Under the pieces are notes generated by a model. That model had not been told where the DNA came from. It ran no database searches and worked only from the letters and a program-made list of their open reading frames with translations. A DNA stretch of 64,000 bases from Zygnema circumcarinatum SAG 698-1b (Eukaryota > Plantae > Zygnematophyceae), in the NCBI GenBank assembly GCA_037447605.1, contig CM074811.1, positions 3,410,001 to 3,474,000 on the forward strand. The letters are read 5' to 3'. A program made the translations under genes and the position numbers. Shown in pieces: positions 12,201-25,400 of the stretch; position 1 is the first letter of the stretch, and every line of letters starts with the position of its first letter.

Positions 12201-12809
12201 GGAGGGGGAGGGGGAGGGGNNNNNNNNNNGGGGGAGAGAGGGGGGGGAAAGGGGAGTGGGAGAGAGGGCGGGAAGAGAGAGGGAGGGAGGAGGGGAGGAA
12301 GGGGTGGCAGGTGGGATAATGGGGGGAGGAGAGGGAGAGAGATGGAGAGGAGGGGAGTGAAGAGGAAGAGAAGGGGGGTGGGAGAGGGAGGGGAGGCAGG
12401 AAGGGGGAGTGGTGGGAGGGGAAGGGAGGAGGGAGGGTGGGGCCAGAGTGTGGGGAAGTTGAAGTTTGCCTCCCTAGTCTCTCCTCTCCCTCCCCTTCCT
12501 GTCCGTCTGCTTTCCCCTCCTCCCGTTCCCCGCATTCATACAATGTCTCTGTGTCGCCGTGTTGTTGGCAGGACATTAGTGGAGCGGCACGGATTTTCTT
12601 ACTTGGATTTTTGGCCAGTGGAATCCGCCTTTTATTATTCAACTTGCTACGAAGGGCCGTCCGGTGACTCTAAGGAGAATCGAACCCTCTTGTCGTACTA
12701 TTCGTGCTTGACCAATAACGGAACGGTTATGAATGGAACGATTGGGGAGGCAGTTCTTGAGACGTTTGTGCACAAACTTTCTTACTATCCCACGCCTGTT
12801 GATTGGTAG
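6248..12809 (+). CDS. Type II membrane protein with Ig/filamin-like segment and PC-esterase/NXPE-like SGNH domain; ~9 exons (6248-7004, 8036-~8168, 8955-9157, ~10374-10574, 10829-10891, 11076-11128, 11386-11514, 11983-12182, 12572-12809), ~650 aa
   Basis: Basic N-terminus then a signal anchor ([16 protein letters not shown]). Spliced [11 protein letters not shown]...[19 protein letters not shown]...[38 protein letters not shown]...NRALRRAN and GFSYLDFW follow the motif order of PC-esterase proteins. Most junctions are phase-consistent. The end of exon 2 and start of exon 4 are uncertain. Confidence 0.72.
7575..8340. repeat. Interstitial degenerate telomere-like arrays flanking exon 2 of the PC-esterase-like gene
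   Basis: Dozens of AAACCCT/AAACCTT variants at 7575-8020, AAAACCCT-type 8-mers at 8176-8232, then reverse-orientation TTTAGGG variants at 8258-8340. Confidence 0.85.
8655..8940. repeat. (CCTTCT)n intronic microsatellite
   Basis: Direct inspection. Source of the spurious poly-SP, poly-R and poly-EG ORFs. Confidence 0.95.
9212..10310. repeat. ~1.1-kb G-rich polypurine tract (GGGGGA/GGGA)n in intron 3
   Basis: Almost pure G/A on the + strand, between the exon ending 9157 and the exon near 10374. Confidence 0.95.
11893..11970. repeat. (TTCCG)n pentanucleotide microsatellite just before a splice acceptor
   Basis: Direct inspection. A short reverse-complement copy (ACGGA)n lies at 47920-47940, again just before an acceptor of a minus-strand gene. 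Confidence 0.9.
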
Positions 12810-14087
12810 ATTACTTGCAGCCATCCCAATGTTACTTGAGCAAAATGAAGGTCTCTAGTGTTTCAAGTTCCAGGGTTGAGGGTTGAAAAAGTTTAGGGTT
12901 CTGACACATGAGTATGAACTGCCACTTGTTTATTAAAAACCTGGGGATAGTCTTCCACCAAGAATTGTACAAGGGTAGTTTTATTTGTAGAGTTTAGGAT
13001 TTTAACCGTTAGGCTTTAGGGCCAGTAGAGCTTCAAATGAAGCAGGAGTTTTGTGCAGATCACGAACAGATCAAGGTCGAGAGATCCTTCTGCAATCCGT
13101 GAAAAGTTCGCTTTCCGTCCTTTTCTTGCAAAATTTCAGCTTTAAATTGAACTTTCGATTCTGACAGTGTGGCCTTTCTTTTACCTTCACATGCAAACCG
13201 CAAACTTTGGAGACTTAATGTGTATTCTTATAAAACTGTCATAGCATGATCGACCAAAGGAAACAGACCCTTAATGCAGATAGAATTTTTACTCCATATT
13301 GGGGTCCTACCTTCTGGGCAAATTTGTCTTTTGCCCTCACTTTGTAGACATCATTGCATCACAGCACATCAAAGGGAGAGCCCAAACGGACAGTGGAGAA
13401 TCGCAAACGGAACCAAAAAAAGACGCTTCCATTATTTTGCGTTGAACGATTCACAAAGAATGGCCCTCGACTAGCGCGTTGGCAGAACTCGCTTCTCACT
13501 TGCTCTCTCCCTCCTCCCTCCCACAGCCTCCCCTTGAAAGCGGCCCACCAATTGCATTGATATGAGCTCTACAGCGGTGCGTCTCCCTCTGCTCTACCAC
13601 TCAGCTTCAAGAGTATCCAAGCCTGCCTCCCTCCCTCTCCCTTCCTTTCACTCTATCCATCTCTCTTTCGTGCTCCTCCTGTGCGTTGCATTAAGGGGCA
13701 GCTTTCGCCCCCACCAACCTGGCACCCATTTTTCTTCACTTTCTTTTTTCTCTAACCAGAAGTCCCCAAATTATCTCCCACTACCACTCCGGCTACCTAG
13801 ACATAGGAAGGATAAAAGCGGCCGTGCATTCAAAAGAGGGAAAAATCACCGAGTGCTGAACTCCCCTCCGTCTCCCTCTTCTTCCCCCCCCCCCCCTCCC
13901 TCCGCATCCTCTCCCCTCCCTCCTTGCTCAAAAACAATGCTCAAACAGATGACAGCAACCTAAAGCCCACATTTACTCGACTTCATTACAAAACCTGTCG
14001 CTACATAGCCATCACCCGCAGGCCTGCGAGCTTCTCATTCTTTACGCTCACTCTCACCCCTCCCTCCCCTCTCTCTGAGGCAGAAGG

Positions 14088-14529
14088 TCACTTAGAAACC
14101 TTCAAGCTCTGGAGACTTTGACTGATGGAAGCCACATCACCTCCCACTATACCGTTCGCCTCTGTCGGTAGGGACTGCCCGGAGTCTTCTCCCACAGGGA
14201 GAGACTCTAATGGTGGGCTCCCATCAGGCCTTGATGAAGTCACAGCTTCATTCGATACGGGAGAGACTTGTGCAGCTTCACCGGCTGAAGTTGAGGTTTG
14301 AGCTGACCCTTCCCCTCTACTTGCAGCTCCACTCTCCTCAGGAGCTGACTCAGCTGCTCCCGGAGTTGGGAGAGGATTCGCCTGTCCTCCAGGCTGTTTC
14401 TGCATATGAGAACAATGTCTTTTCCTTCAGTTTTCCTTCACAGTACACGTAAAACCCTCACATTTACTATCTTCTTGAATATTCCTCGTATGTACTTGAT
14501 TTCGAATCACAAAGACAGAGAGAGTGAGA

Positions 14530-14583
<54 letters not shown>

Positions 14584-14584
14584 T

Positions 14585-14618
<34 letters not shown>

Positions 14619-17600
14619 GGTGGAAAATGTGCCTCTATCTCACCTGCTGTCTCAGCCTTAACCTCTGCTGCTGCTGCAGCCTCGCCCGCTTCTCCTGCAT
14701 CGCCTTCTGCCGATCGTCGTAAAAAGTGAAATCGTCCAAAATTGAAGTTTTCGCCGCATAGTTTTTGAAAATCTCAAGAATCTCCAGCCCTTGCTCAAAC
14801 TTCACCTGCCGAAGAAACATCACCGTCACACAAACTTCAATAAATTTTGCCTTCACCCTCAAAACCCAAAGACTCTTCCCTTCCAACACCTCTCCATCTC
14901 GTCCCTCCACGTCCCTATCTACACACACAGACTTTTCCTAAGACTTCTTCGCAAAGTTTCAGCCTATCTCATTCACTTCCAAAGATAAACTGAAGTTCAG
15001 GATTAGGAACAAGAAGAGGGCAGAAATTATGAGAAAGGTAAATTGAAGACAAGCGTAAGAATAAGAATGAAACTAAACGCATTCTCTTTCTCTATCTCTG
15101 GCGCTCTCTCTATCTCACTTCCTCCCTCTCGCGCTCTCTTCCTCTCTTTTCTCCCCCCTCTATCTCTCGCTCTCTCTCTCCCTCTCTCCCCCTCTCCCTT
15201 TCCCTCTGAGAAAGGAAATACGACTATCTGCAGTCACCTACCTCCTGCGTATCTCTACTGTTTGTGACCGGTTTGTTCTCATTGTTTGCCAAAATTATGT
15301 GCCGAAACTGCCCGTTTGGAACATCTTTGATGATGTGCCATTTCACTTTGAACTGCCCACTCCACTTGTCCTGCTGCCAATACTCCACACTCTTCGTGTG
15401 GTCGACCGGCCCGACCATCTCTGCAACTCCGCAGAACTGACCACTCGCATTAACCTGCAAATACAATATCCAGCAGTTAATTTAGCACTAATAAAAACAA
15501 GTTCCAGTACAAATACAGTGTGTATACAGTGTCTACATTCTAAACTTTAGACAAGGAGACAAGAGGAAGTGAAAGGAGAAAAGGATTGCACATTAATCCT
15601 TTTGAGCAGGTTTTGAAATGAAATATTGCTTCCTTCCCAGAAATGGAGGAAACAGGAAATTCTGGACATGCTTTGAGGCAAAACTTTGAGGAGAATTGCG
15701 CATACCGAAAAGAAGAAGAAGACTGGACAGCCTCCCTTCGCTTTCTCTCCCGCCCCCTGTGCCTCCTGATAGGCTGCTTCCAACCTCTTGTTCCCTGTGG
15801 GAGTGCTCGCCCACACCCCATACTTGATGCTCTTGTGCACATCATCTTCACTGTAACTCTTTATCACAAAAAACTTGGCAGCCTCATACTTTGTCCGGAA
15901 ATCTGCCCTGTTATATTCCGATGCTCCCTCCACTCCACTCCCTCCTTGCGGGGCAGCATTGGGTCCTCTCTGTCCTCTCATTCTTATGGTTCTAGGTCCC
16001 CTATTCTGCTCACTAGCAACATCATACAGAGCTGTTCCATTGCCTGTTTGTACTCCCCCATTCCTGCCTCCTCTCCCTCTTCCCTTATCGAAAGCTCCAT
16101 TATATCCTCCTCGCCCGCCTCCTATTCTGTTATCATATCCTCCTCCAGCTCCTCCCCGACCTCTCCCAAACCCATTTTGGCCATTTCTAGGAAGCGATTG
16201 AAAGCCTCGGCCTCCATTAAGGGGAGCCATTCCGGGGGTCTGCACTCCAGCAAGTTGTGGAAATGTCTGCAGAGAAAGAAAAATAAAAACGCATGATTAC
16301 TTCAACCGGATCTCTGCAAAGAGAGTGGAAATGAAGGGGCTGATATGGGAGAATGGTGGAACCCAGGTAAGGAGATGTGCTTGATTTTGGCTGAGGAAAG
16401 GCGAGGCAGGAGAAGCAGAGAGAAGCAGAGAGAAGAGGGCACGAGAGAGTGGGAGAGACAGCGAGAGGAATAAATTCGATGGGGATGCAGGACGGGAGAG
16501 GAAAAGATTTGAGACAAAGAAGATTAGAGAACAGGGTAAGGGCGGAGAGAAAAAGTGCAAGGGATGTATATGTGACAATTCTCATCTGAACTCTAACCTG
16601 ATGCACGCATATAATTTGCACCATGTTAACATCCACACATGCACACGTGCATAATGATGGATGCATCACACGAAGACATGCATGTATGCATGTATGTATG
16701 TGTTTACACACGCGTACATAACCGTGCTACATGCATACCTGCAGAGGAGTCAGAGGCCTCGGCCCTCCACCCTGTGAATTCAAACCCCTCACCGGCATGG
16801 CTGCCCCTGGTCGACGCTGTCTCCCCCCCCACTTTCTATCCGTTACTTTAAGTTCCCTAACTACTGCCATTCCTCATTACTCCTCGCAATTCCAAACTCA
16901 CCATACCTCTCCCTGTTGCTTTCACTTTCAGAGCTCACATCTTCAACGTTTTAAACAAGCCGGTACATATCATCAAATGCAAATGCAAATGCTCCACACA
17001 AAACATTAAAATTCTCAACAAAAGCACCCTATAGAAGGATGATCTATCCTCACATTCATAGTGCCTGGCGGCTGCTCCGACATTGAAATATTCCCATTTC
17101 CATTTCCATTCGCTGCTACCTGCTCTCCCGCTCCTTGATGCGCTCCTTCGCTCCCGTTTCCAGTTCCATTTGCTGCCGTTCCGTTGGCCGTTCCCGGAAT
17201 GTATTGTCCACCAGCTGACATTTGATGCTGGTGGAACATCGGATTAGGGTATGGGAAAGGGGCTTGGGGCCCATATAGCTGCCCATCAACTCCCATCGAT
17301 GGACCTCCAGGACCATATGCGGAATAAGGGCCCGGAGATGGGTATCCATATCCCTGGGGAGTCTGCACATACATAGACCCCGTCTCCGCGTTGTACATCG
17401 CCTGAACAAGAATAATCATGAACCAATGTATGTGAGTGAATGAAGTGTCAAAATTAGGGAGCTTAGGGGTGCACAACCAAGCTGGATGGATAGAGAATGG
17501 TAGGGAACATGAAAGAAACTGTACATAACTCGACAGTGCGTAGCAGATCATGAATGAATATGCAAAACAATGTAGACGGAAACCAATGGAGGGACGAAGA

Positions 17601-18195
17601 GAGTGGAAAAGGAGAGGGAGTGGGAGGGAGAGAGAGCAAGGAGGGGAACCTCCCGCACCTGCTGCTGCGAGGATTCGCTATCCATGCCCATGAAGCGCAT
17701 GTATTCCTCCCATGTCTCTGGGGGAACTCCCGGGGATTCGGCATAAGCTGCAAAACCGGGAAATAGTCTCATTGAGCAAAAACAATCCTCCACTGAAGAC
17801 GATGTGCAGACATTAAAAACACACTACCTTTAGCACTGTCCAGGCGTGTAGCCCACATCTGCTCGTACCCTAATCATGCATCAACATATGTTTGATGGTA
17901 CGCAAGGCTTGATAGGGAACTCAGGATAAGGGAAGGGGCCCACAAGAGGGAGGAAGAGGTAGAGAGAGGGGATGAAGGAGTGGGAATGAAGGAAGGGGGA
18001 GGAGTGGGGAGACAGAGAGAGAGAGAAAGAGAGACTTCAAGGTTCACCTCCTGAATGGTAGTCATAGAAATAGTGAGTTGGGTATCCGTTGTTCCCATAA
18101 TAAAGAGATCCCTCCGCGTTGGGAGGCAGCTCCTGCACCACCACCGGCTTTCCCTCCGGCCCCACCGCCGCGGCCACCGCGCTCTCTGTGCCCAT
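14088..18195 (-). CDS. ECT: YTH-domain m6A reader of the ECT/YTHDF type; ~8 coding exons
   Basis: Exons encode a Y/P/Q/G-rich N-terminal IDR, an RGG-rich segment, then [57 protein letters not shown]...[23 protein letters not shown]...[12 protein letters not shown] and [15 protein letters not shown]. Aromatic-cage Trp residues are present. The start codon at 18195 is the best guess. Confidence 0.95.
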
Positions 18196-20824
18196 TTCTC
18201 CTCCTGCTGCGTGCACACACGTGTGAACGAATGAGTTCCGGTGCCATACGCTGATCGGTTTAACAGAGGGAGGGGAGAGAGGGAGAGTGCAAGAGGGTGG
18301 GGGCAGGAAAACACATACAAAGCCATGTAGAGTGGAAGAGAGAGAGAAAGAGCGATTGAGAGATAAGGAGAGAGAGGGGGGGGCAGGCAAAGCGAAGGAA
18401 GAGTTGGGATTGGAGTTGGAGTTTAAGTTAAAGTTGGAGTTGAAAGGAGACAAGGAGAGAGGCAGAAGGAGACAGGATGACAGCTGCAAGGGGAGAGGCG
18501 GGCAGAAAGAAAGGCAGCCCCCGAAGGAAGGGAGGGAGATGGGGGGAGGAGATGCGCAAACACTCTCACACCGCTCTCTGCTGCTTGCTGCTTCTAGAAA
18601 AATGAGTTAACAAAAAAAGCATAAGTCAAAAATCAAAGGCTCTACTGAAGAGAACTTTGCTGAAAAACGATCGCCTTTCTCTCGCTCCCTATCTCCCTCC
18701 TCTGCTTCCTCTCTCCCCTACCGCCCCTCCATCTCTCATTCTCTCTCGTCACCACTCACAATTGTCACGACAAATCATCCCTCATAGTCAAAATTCTCCC
18801 AAAAAAGTTATAGAACATGTGGATTTCACTACATCTACTTGGAACTGGCAACGACCATACAGATGTTGGCTGCTTCCAATCCGAGGCAGATGTGAACCTC
18901 GAAAATGCAACAAAGCAGCCGATATTCTATCGAGATTTCCTTCAGATTCACTAATACGATGCTTTCATCTGTGTTGCGTTCACACGGATTACAAAGAGCT
19001 CAGTCACGTGAAGAAGGGAAGAAGTTGATGTAAGAGAGCGAGAGAGAAGAGAGAAATTGAGAGAGGTTATTTCATTCCTTACTTCTCCATCTCACAACCT
19101 AAGATAGCAGTAATACATTCACAGATGTAATGCATTAATCCCAATTCTTTCTCTCTCTCTCTCTCTCTCTTCCCCCTCTCACTCTCTCCACCACAAAATC
19201 CATGCTTTCCAATTCTCCGATTTCCTGCACGTTTGTAACACAGATTCCGCGAAACGTTTTCAATTCTCCATATTTGACGAAAAATGAAGAGATTCAGAAG
19301 TTTGACTATTAGATAAATCAGAGGTGACAGATCCTTTGCCTCATTGTCTTCCCTTTGCCTCCAATCACACCCCTCCCCCAATTCTTCCACTCTCCTCATC
19401 TTCTCCCTCACTCTCTCCCTTCCTCCCCTTTCCCTGCACCTACTCCAACCTCACCCTTCCTTTCTCCCCCCTTATATCGCCCTCCGCAAATCAGCTCTTC
19501 AATGAGATGCTGCCTGCCTACCCCCTAACACCATATTCACGACTCATCTCTCTCCTTTCCCCCTCTCCCTCCGCCCCTCTCCCTCTCTCCTCCCCCTCCC
19601 CCCCCCCCTCCCTCCCCATCTCCCTCTCCCCCCTTCTCTCTCCCACACTCAGCCATCTCCTTCCCCTCGGATGCCACCTATGATGGACTCAGACCAGCCT
19701 TTTGGCCAATAAAGCTCACCTGAATATTCCCGCAGCCCTCCCTTGTAATTTTTTTGTTCTAAATCTGGCGCTTCCAAACCCTAATTTCTTCAAATGTCAG
19801 AAGGGACGAACTCTCCCGGAGTCTCCCAAAATCCTTCCGAGAGACAGCCGCTCACTCCTCCAAACTTCTCTCCTTTCACTGCTCGCCCTAATCCCCACTC
19901 CCTCTCCCTCTCTCACACACCCTCTCTATCCCTGACACTTCCTCTCTATGCTCTGAACTCTCACAGCTGGACCTGCTTGCGCTTTCCGTCACTCAGCCCC
20001 TCCCTCTCTCTCTCTCTCGCTCTCTCTCTCACAGGAAGCGGCGGTCGGCGTCAAGAGCGGCAGCAGACAGGACGGTGAACGAGAGCTCCCTTTCTGGGGA
20101 AGCCGCCTCGGAGCCGGGCAGAAAAAAAAATAAAAAAAGGTCAGATTAAAAAAAGTGCGGAAATATTTCAGATTTGGGCCCTCAAGGGAAGAAGCCTTGA
20201 AGCTCTTCCAGGTACAGCACTTTGCCTTCGGTCGGGGGGCAGGCGACGGGCAGAAAAAACAATTAATGTCTGCAGGAGATAAGAATAATAGTAATTACAG
20301 AACAGGTCAACTTGGACGACCTCCCTGCCGGAATTTCTAGAGCGAGCGCGCGCTTCCGCCGAATTTCAAATTTTGGGATCGAAAAAAACTCACATTTTAT
20401 GGAGCTTCAACAAAGAGCACGTACTTTACGAATTTTGTTTTTGAAAGGTGATCTCAATCCGGCAATGTATGTATTCTAAACATTTATCTCGTCGAGTTCA
20501 AATGAGTGGCCATTCTCTCGCCCCTCAGGCCGAGTTTCAAGGCTTATCCGAACAAAGGATTAATACATAGCACATAATTCATAGTATGAAAATTGATCTT
20601 GCACAGCACTTAATTTAAAAAATGAAATTTGCCCAAGCCCCGTTTTCTGTTCGCGATTTCCGAAATCTTCTGAAACTCATTTAACCAGAGCAGGCGGTTG
20701 ACTTTTGTCTATATTTGAGTATTCGTACATTATTTTCAAATTTTATCCTGCAATTCCATTTTCAGAGTACTGATTCTTTTTTTGCTGAGCAAGAATTCGC
20801 CGTCCGTGTGGATCATCAAATTGT

Positions 20825-21412
20825 GCTACGTGGCAGCGCCGGACGGCCCCTGCGCGAGGGTCCGACAAACGTGGCAGCTCCTTGTCCGCCGGATCCACTT
20901 CAGATCGAGAACCAGATCCACCACAGATCAACGATACCGATCCACTACCTGCCGCCTCCAGGCCACTACGTGGCGCCCTCCAGCCCGTCCACGTCGCCCA
21001 GGACGCTCGATCGCGCCACTTTACACGTGCAATGATCTCGACCGTTCTTTACACGAATATAAAATCGCAGCCGTCCAAACTAATCAATTTTCAGCCGTCG
21101 GATGGAAAATGGGAGCCGCGAGAATCTGCCACGTAGCAGCCAACGGTTGAATTTTCTTGACCTTGGACGACCACACTTCTGAAGAAGCTTCCAAGGGGTT
21201 GACGGGGAGCCGGGATGTTCGTACTTGTGTACAAAATCTGTACGGGAGATTGATATTTTTTGCGATTGTCGGCCTTCTCGAAGGTTCTGAAATTCCCGCG
21301 ATCTCCTTTTTTTTTTTTTTTTTTTTTTTTTTCCATTTTTCTTTTTCAGAGGCAAAAGAAGGGGCGAGAAGGACAGCCACGTGGCGGGATTAGCGGTCTT
21401 TGTGGACACGTG
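20825..21412. promoter_or_regulatory. Cluster of six ACGTGGC (G-box/ABRE-type) motifs upstream of the ECT gene
   Basis: Copies near 20828, 20870, 20968, 21130 (reverse), 21378 and 21406. A TGGGCC site-II-like motif is at 20175 and a telo-box AAACCCTA at 19776. The cluster could instead belong to a decayed TE. Confidence 0.35.
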
Positions 21413-21530
21413 GCGACTGGCGAGATGTCATGCCATGCCGTGTTCGAGGTTTTCGAGGCTTGGGTGCTTCCGCGCATGGTTGCGCGACGCATGGAAGTGT
21501 GGAACCGCGATCAGAGAGAGCGAGATGAGG

Positions 21531-21532
<2 letters not shown>

Positions 21533-21609
<77 letters not shown>

Positions 21610-21610
21610 G
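21533..21610. repeat. (GGGCAT)n hexamer microsatellite followed by a CATG-rich tract to ~21900
   Basis: About 13 tandem units seen directly. Confidence 0.95.
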
Positions 21611-22432
21611 GAGTGACATAGCCACATTGGCATTAGGACGTGGGGATGGCATGCACATGACACGGGCATGGACTCAATTGCGAGGCACCGCAAGGTGACG
21701 GCAAAGACTGCGGCTGCTTGGGCATGGCAAGGGGCATGGGGAGATCTTGGGTGAGTATGAACGTAAGTTGCATGCCATGACTTGCCATGACTTGTTGGCG
21801 CTCGACGGTTTCACATGAAAGCAATAGTAAGTTCATGCATGAAGGGGATCGCGCAGGCCATGCCATGAAGTTTTTCATGGAAGACATGCACCGTTCATGA
21901 ATGCAACTTGCACACATCACAAACAAAGTCAAACCCGACACCCCACGATCAAAGATCAGAAAAGCAGAAAACATGCAAGAGTCAACAGAGTTATCCATAC
22001 TGTAAAACGGCCCAACGGACTGCAGAATATTCATCCTGTGATCCTCATATTCCTTCACCTTGACATTCATTGATGCCTCCTTCCCCCATTGATGTCTTAT
22101 GTCATAGACAAAGGACTCGAACAGTTTTAAATTTCACCGTCCGACCTGATCTCCGGCCTCTCGGCACGACGAGAGTGCTCCTATACAGACTTTAGTGACA
22201 GAGAGCAACCCAGCCGGCCTTCCACTTGCATTAACTACTCTCGAATATGACGAAGAGACTCAAGCAGAGAGAGGGACGGGGAGAAAGGGATCATCGCAGA
22301 GGGACATCGAGATGGAAAGAGGAGGCGAGGAGTCTGAAGGGGTATGGAGAGCTATCCTCTAGAGGGAGACTGTGAAGAGGATGAAAGAGTAAACTCGATG
22401 AGAAAGTGAGAGAGAGACAGAGCGAGAGTGAG

Positions 22433-25400
22433 TCACAACCGTCTGTCCTGGTGGTAGGAGTAGAGCACGAGAGTGCCGTCCATAGCCGCTACCGCAAGCA
22501 GACCGGATGCCTCGTATGCCGCGACACATGTGACTTGAGAGCCTGCGGGACCGGTCACATACGGCAAAACCTTACTCCCTTACAGAGACAACGCTTCCTT
22601 ATTGAAACCCGGCGATGCAAGGGGAGTTGGGACTCAGGCTGAATATATTATGCAGGCAGCTGTTTTCGCCATTAGCACCTCCTCAACTAGATGAATCTCC
22701 CCCCCCTCCATCAATCCCTCTCCCTCTCGCCGTCTCTTTTTTCTCTCCCTCTCTCCCCCTCTTCCTCATATAATGTCATGGAATATAATTTAGATTTCCT
22801 CCACCCTATTTTTTCCTTAATCTTTTCTGAATCAGACAGAGGAAACCAAGGTAACACACCTTTCAAGTCGGACAGTTGAGTGATTTTTTTCCCCGTCCAA
22901 ACGTCCCAGACATATAGGTAGCCATCCTTTGTCCCGGCAGCTCCAATGCGCCCCATTCCTGCAAATGCAGTCATTCTGCACCAACGGAAAATGCATGAGT
23001 CATAAAAAGACGACTTATCACTTTTGTTCCAACCTATTGCAAGATTACCAGAAACGTAAGGAATGAATAGATTGAAAAATGTGCCAGAAAAAAAAAAATG
23101 AGTACATACCTTTGGTCCACTGGGCCGCCGATGATCAGAGTGTTACGGTGAAGCCATGACGGGCAACATGTAAACTCCGGTTGAATGCCGTTGGATTTTT
23201 CCGTGAGCGGCAACTGAAACTGATTCTCATGTAGAGGGGCAGTTGCCCTTGAGGACGCCATCACCATGAGAGCCATAGGCTGGGTAAAAACATCCTCTAC
23301 TTCATCTCCACCATCTAAAAGCATAAGAGATCCCCCAAAAGCCCCATCCGCCGCAATTTGAGCAAAGTAATTGAAGGGAGGAGAGGAAGAGAGAGAGTAG
23401 TGAAACTTAGACGATTTTAAAAGGAAGGCGATAATGGAATCAAATAGTAAACTCTGATAGAGAATGCATCAACTACTCACTTTGAGGGAAAATGTTCTTC
23501 TGTCCTTCGACCAATGGTGTTGGTGAAGAGGGCTTTCTCTCTGCCGTCCTTAGTTTGGCTTCGCTAGTTGTGAGAGGCTCCAAAACATGTACTGAAGAGA
23601 GGAGAGAGAATCGGTTATGGCATGTTGAGATAAGAAGCCCTTTCTCAATGTCCCTGCAAAAGGCACCGATGAATATAGAAACGGTAGCATAATTAAACGC
23701 ACTCAAAACAGACCCAAGTAGTAAACGCCCTTATGTTAACGGTGAACATAGTTCAAAGAAATCTGCTTAGGGGGGCACAGAATTCAGCAAAACAGTGGAA
23801 GAAGTAGCTCGTCGTCACCAAATAGCAAGAGAGCCGCGGTATGCAGCTCCCACAATGTGGGTGGGCCTTCCTGGCACTGCCGATAATGAGATAATCCGAT
23901 CAAAAGGAATCCCGTGATAATGAGCTGATGGAAGCATGTACCTCCTTCTACTCCTTCTGGCCATCCCAAACAATCTGATGTCAGTCCACACCACAAGTTT
24001 GACCCAGGATCCCACGGAAACTCAGTGCACCTTTCGCAGCATAATCTATTGCCTTGCGAACTCTAAACCTCTAAGTAAGGAGAGACTTCACAGAAACATA
24101 CGTCCAGTTCTCTTCCATCTGCCAGCACACTAGTGCTCCTCCGTCTCCTCCGGCTAACAAAGTGGTCGGAGAGGGTGTAAGTAAGCAGCGGAGACGGACG
24201 TCAACTTCAAGCCTGGCGATGGCTTGCTCAGAATTAGGACTCCAGTCCACAATAGAAATAGCATTCTTGTCGGTCGCACGCTGCTGGAAATCATTGCTGC
24301 CACATCCAAGACCAATAAAACAGTCTTAAGGGGGGTGGAGAGAGTAAGAGAGGGAGAAGGGGAGGGGGGGGGGGGGGGGGGGGGGGGGGGNNNNNNNNNN
24401 GGGAGGAGGGGGCGAGAGGGTGAGTGGGGGAGGATAATGACGGACGTCGAGAAACACGTTCAGAAAGGGAGGGCGAAGGATGGTGGGGAGGATGGATGGA
24501 GGCAGCGGGTGGGGCGAAGGAAAAGTTGCGTTCATCGTGATCATGATGGTGTTCTGTACATCTGATCTTGGACCTCGCCTGCAAGAACACACCTTTGCTG
24601 AGGCAGCACAATGGAGTGAATGGTGAGGAGACGATCGCCAGTTGGAAGGAACGCAAGTCCACTGCTTCCTGCCATTCCCTGCATCAGCATTTCCACACAC
24701 AATAAGCTTCTTAATAATCATCAACTCTTCAACCAGTTTTCCCCCCGGTACAGCTCGAGAGAGAGATACAGAGATACAGAGATTGCTCGTTTAAGTATGC
24801 ATACTGCTGAAACCAATTCACAGACCTTGGAAAAGCTATATCAGAACCAAGCCGGTTTCAGCTTCATGCTAAGAACTTCAGATGCATTTCATGTCCAGGA
24901 GCAATGCTACTTACATTCTCTCTATCCTCAGAGTCAGTATCATACTCCTTTAACGCCAACCGCAGGCTAGCCTCCAAGTTGCAGCTGTATTGTATTGTAC
25001 TGTTCCCTTCATCTTGTAACGGTCTCAACTCCTTATTTGAACTCACACGATATACAAAGACTTCGCGGTCTAGTTGCTTGGGTTCTCCACAACAAACACT
25101 TAGTCTAATGTTCCCATCGTTTTTGTTGACGTGAACGGAAAGAACTGGCAGTGGATGTTTTAGACCAAGGGCAGGTTCCAAGTTCTTCAACAGCTTAGAG
25201 TCCCAGCGAGGCAAAGACTCCTTAGTCTCGACCACACATAAAATTGAGCTTTTACCAGCTACCGTCTGATTGTCTTTTGATGTGGATCTATGTGGAGACG
25301 ACCTTTCACTTGCTTCCGCCATTGAAGCTACAGCTTTATCTGGACCCAGTGACTCAGATTGAGCGACAGAGAATGCTTGAGCTCGAAGAATTGGACATCT

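Noticed and set aside
21633-22070. 145-aa minus-strand ORF
   Set aside because: No recognisable motif or splice support. It overlaps a CATG-rich tract just downstream of the FYR-WD40 stop codon.
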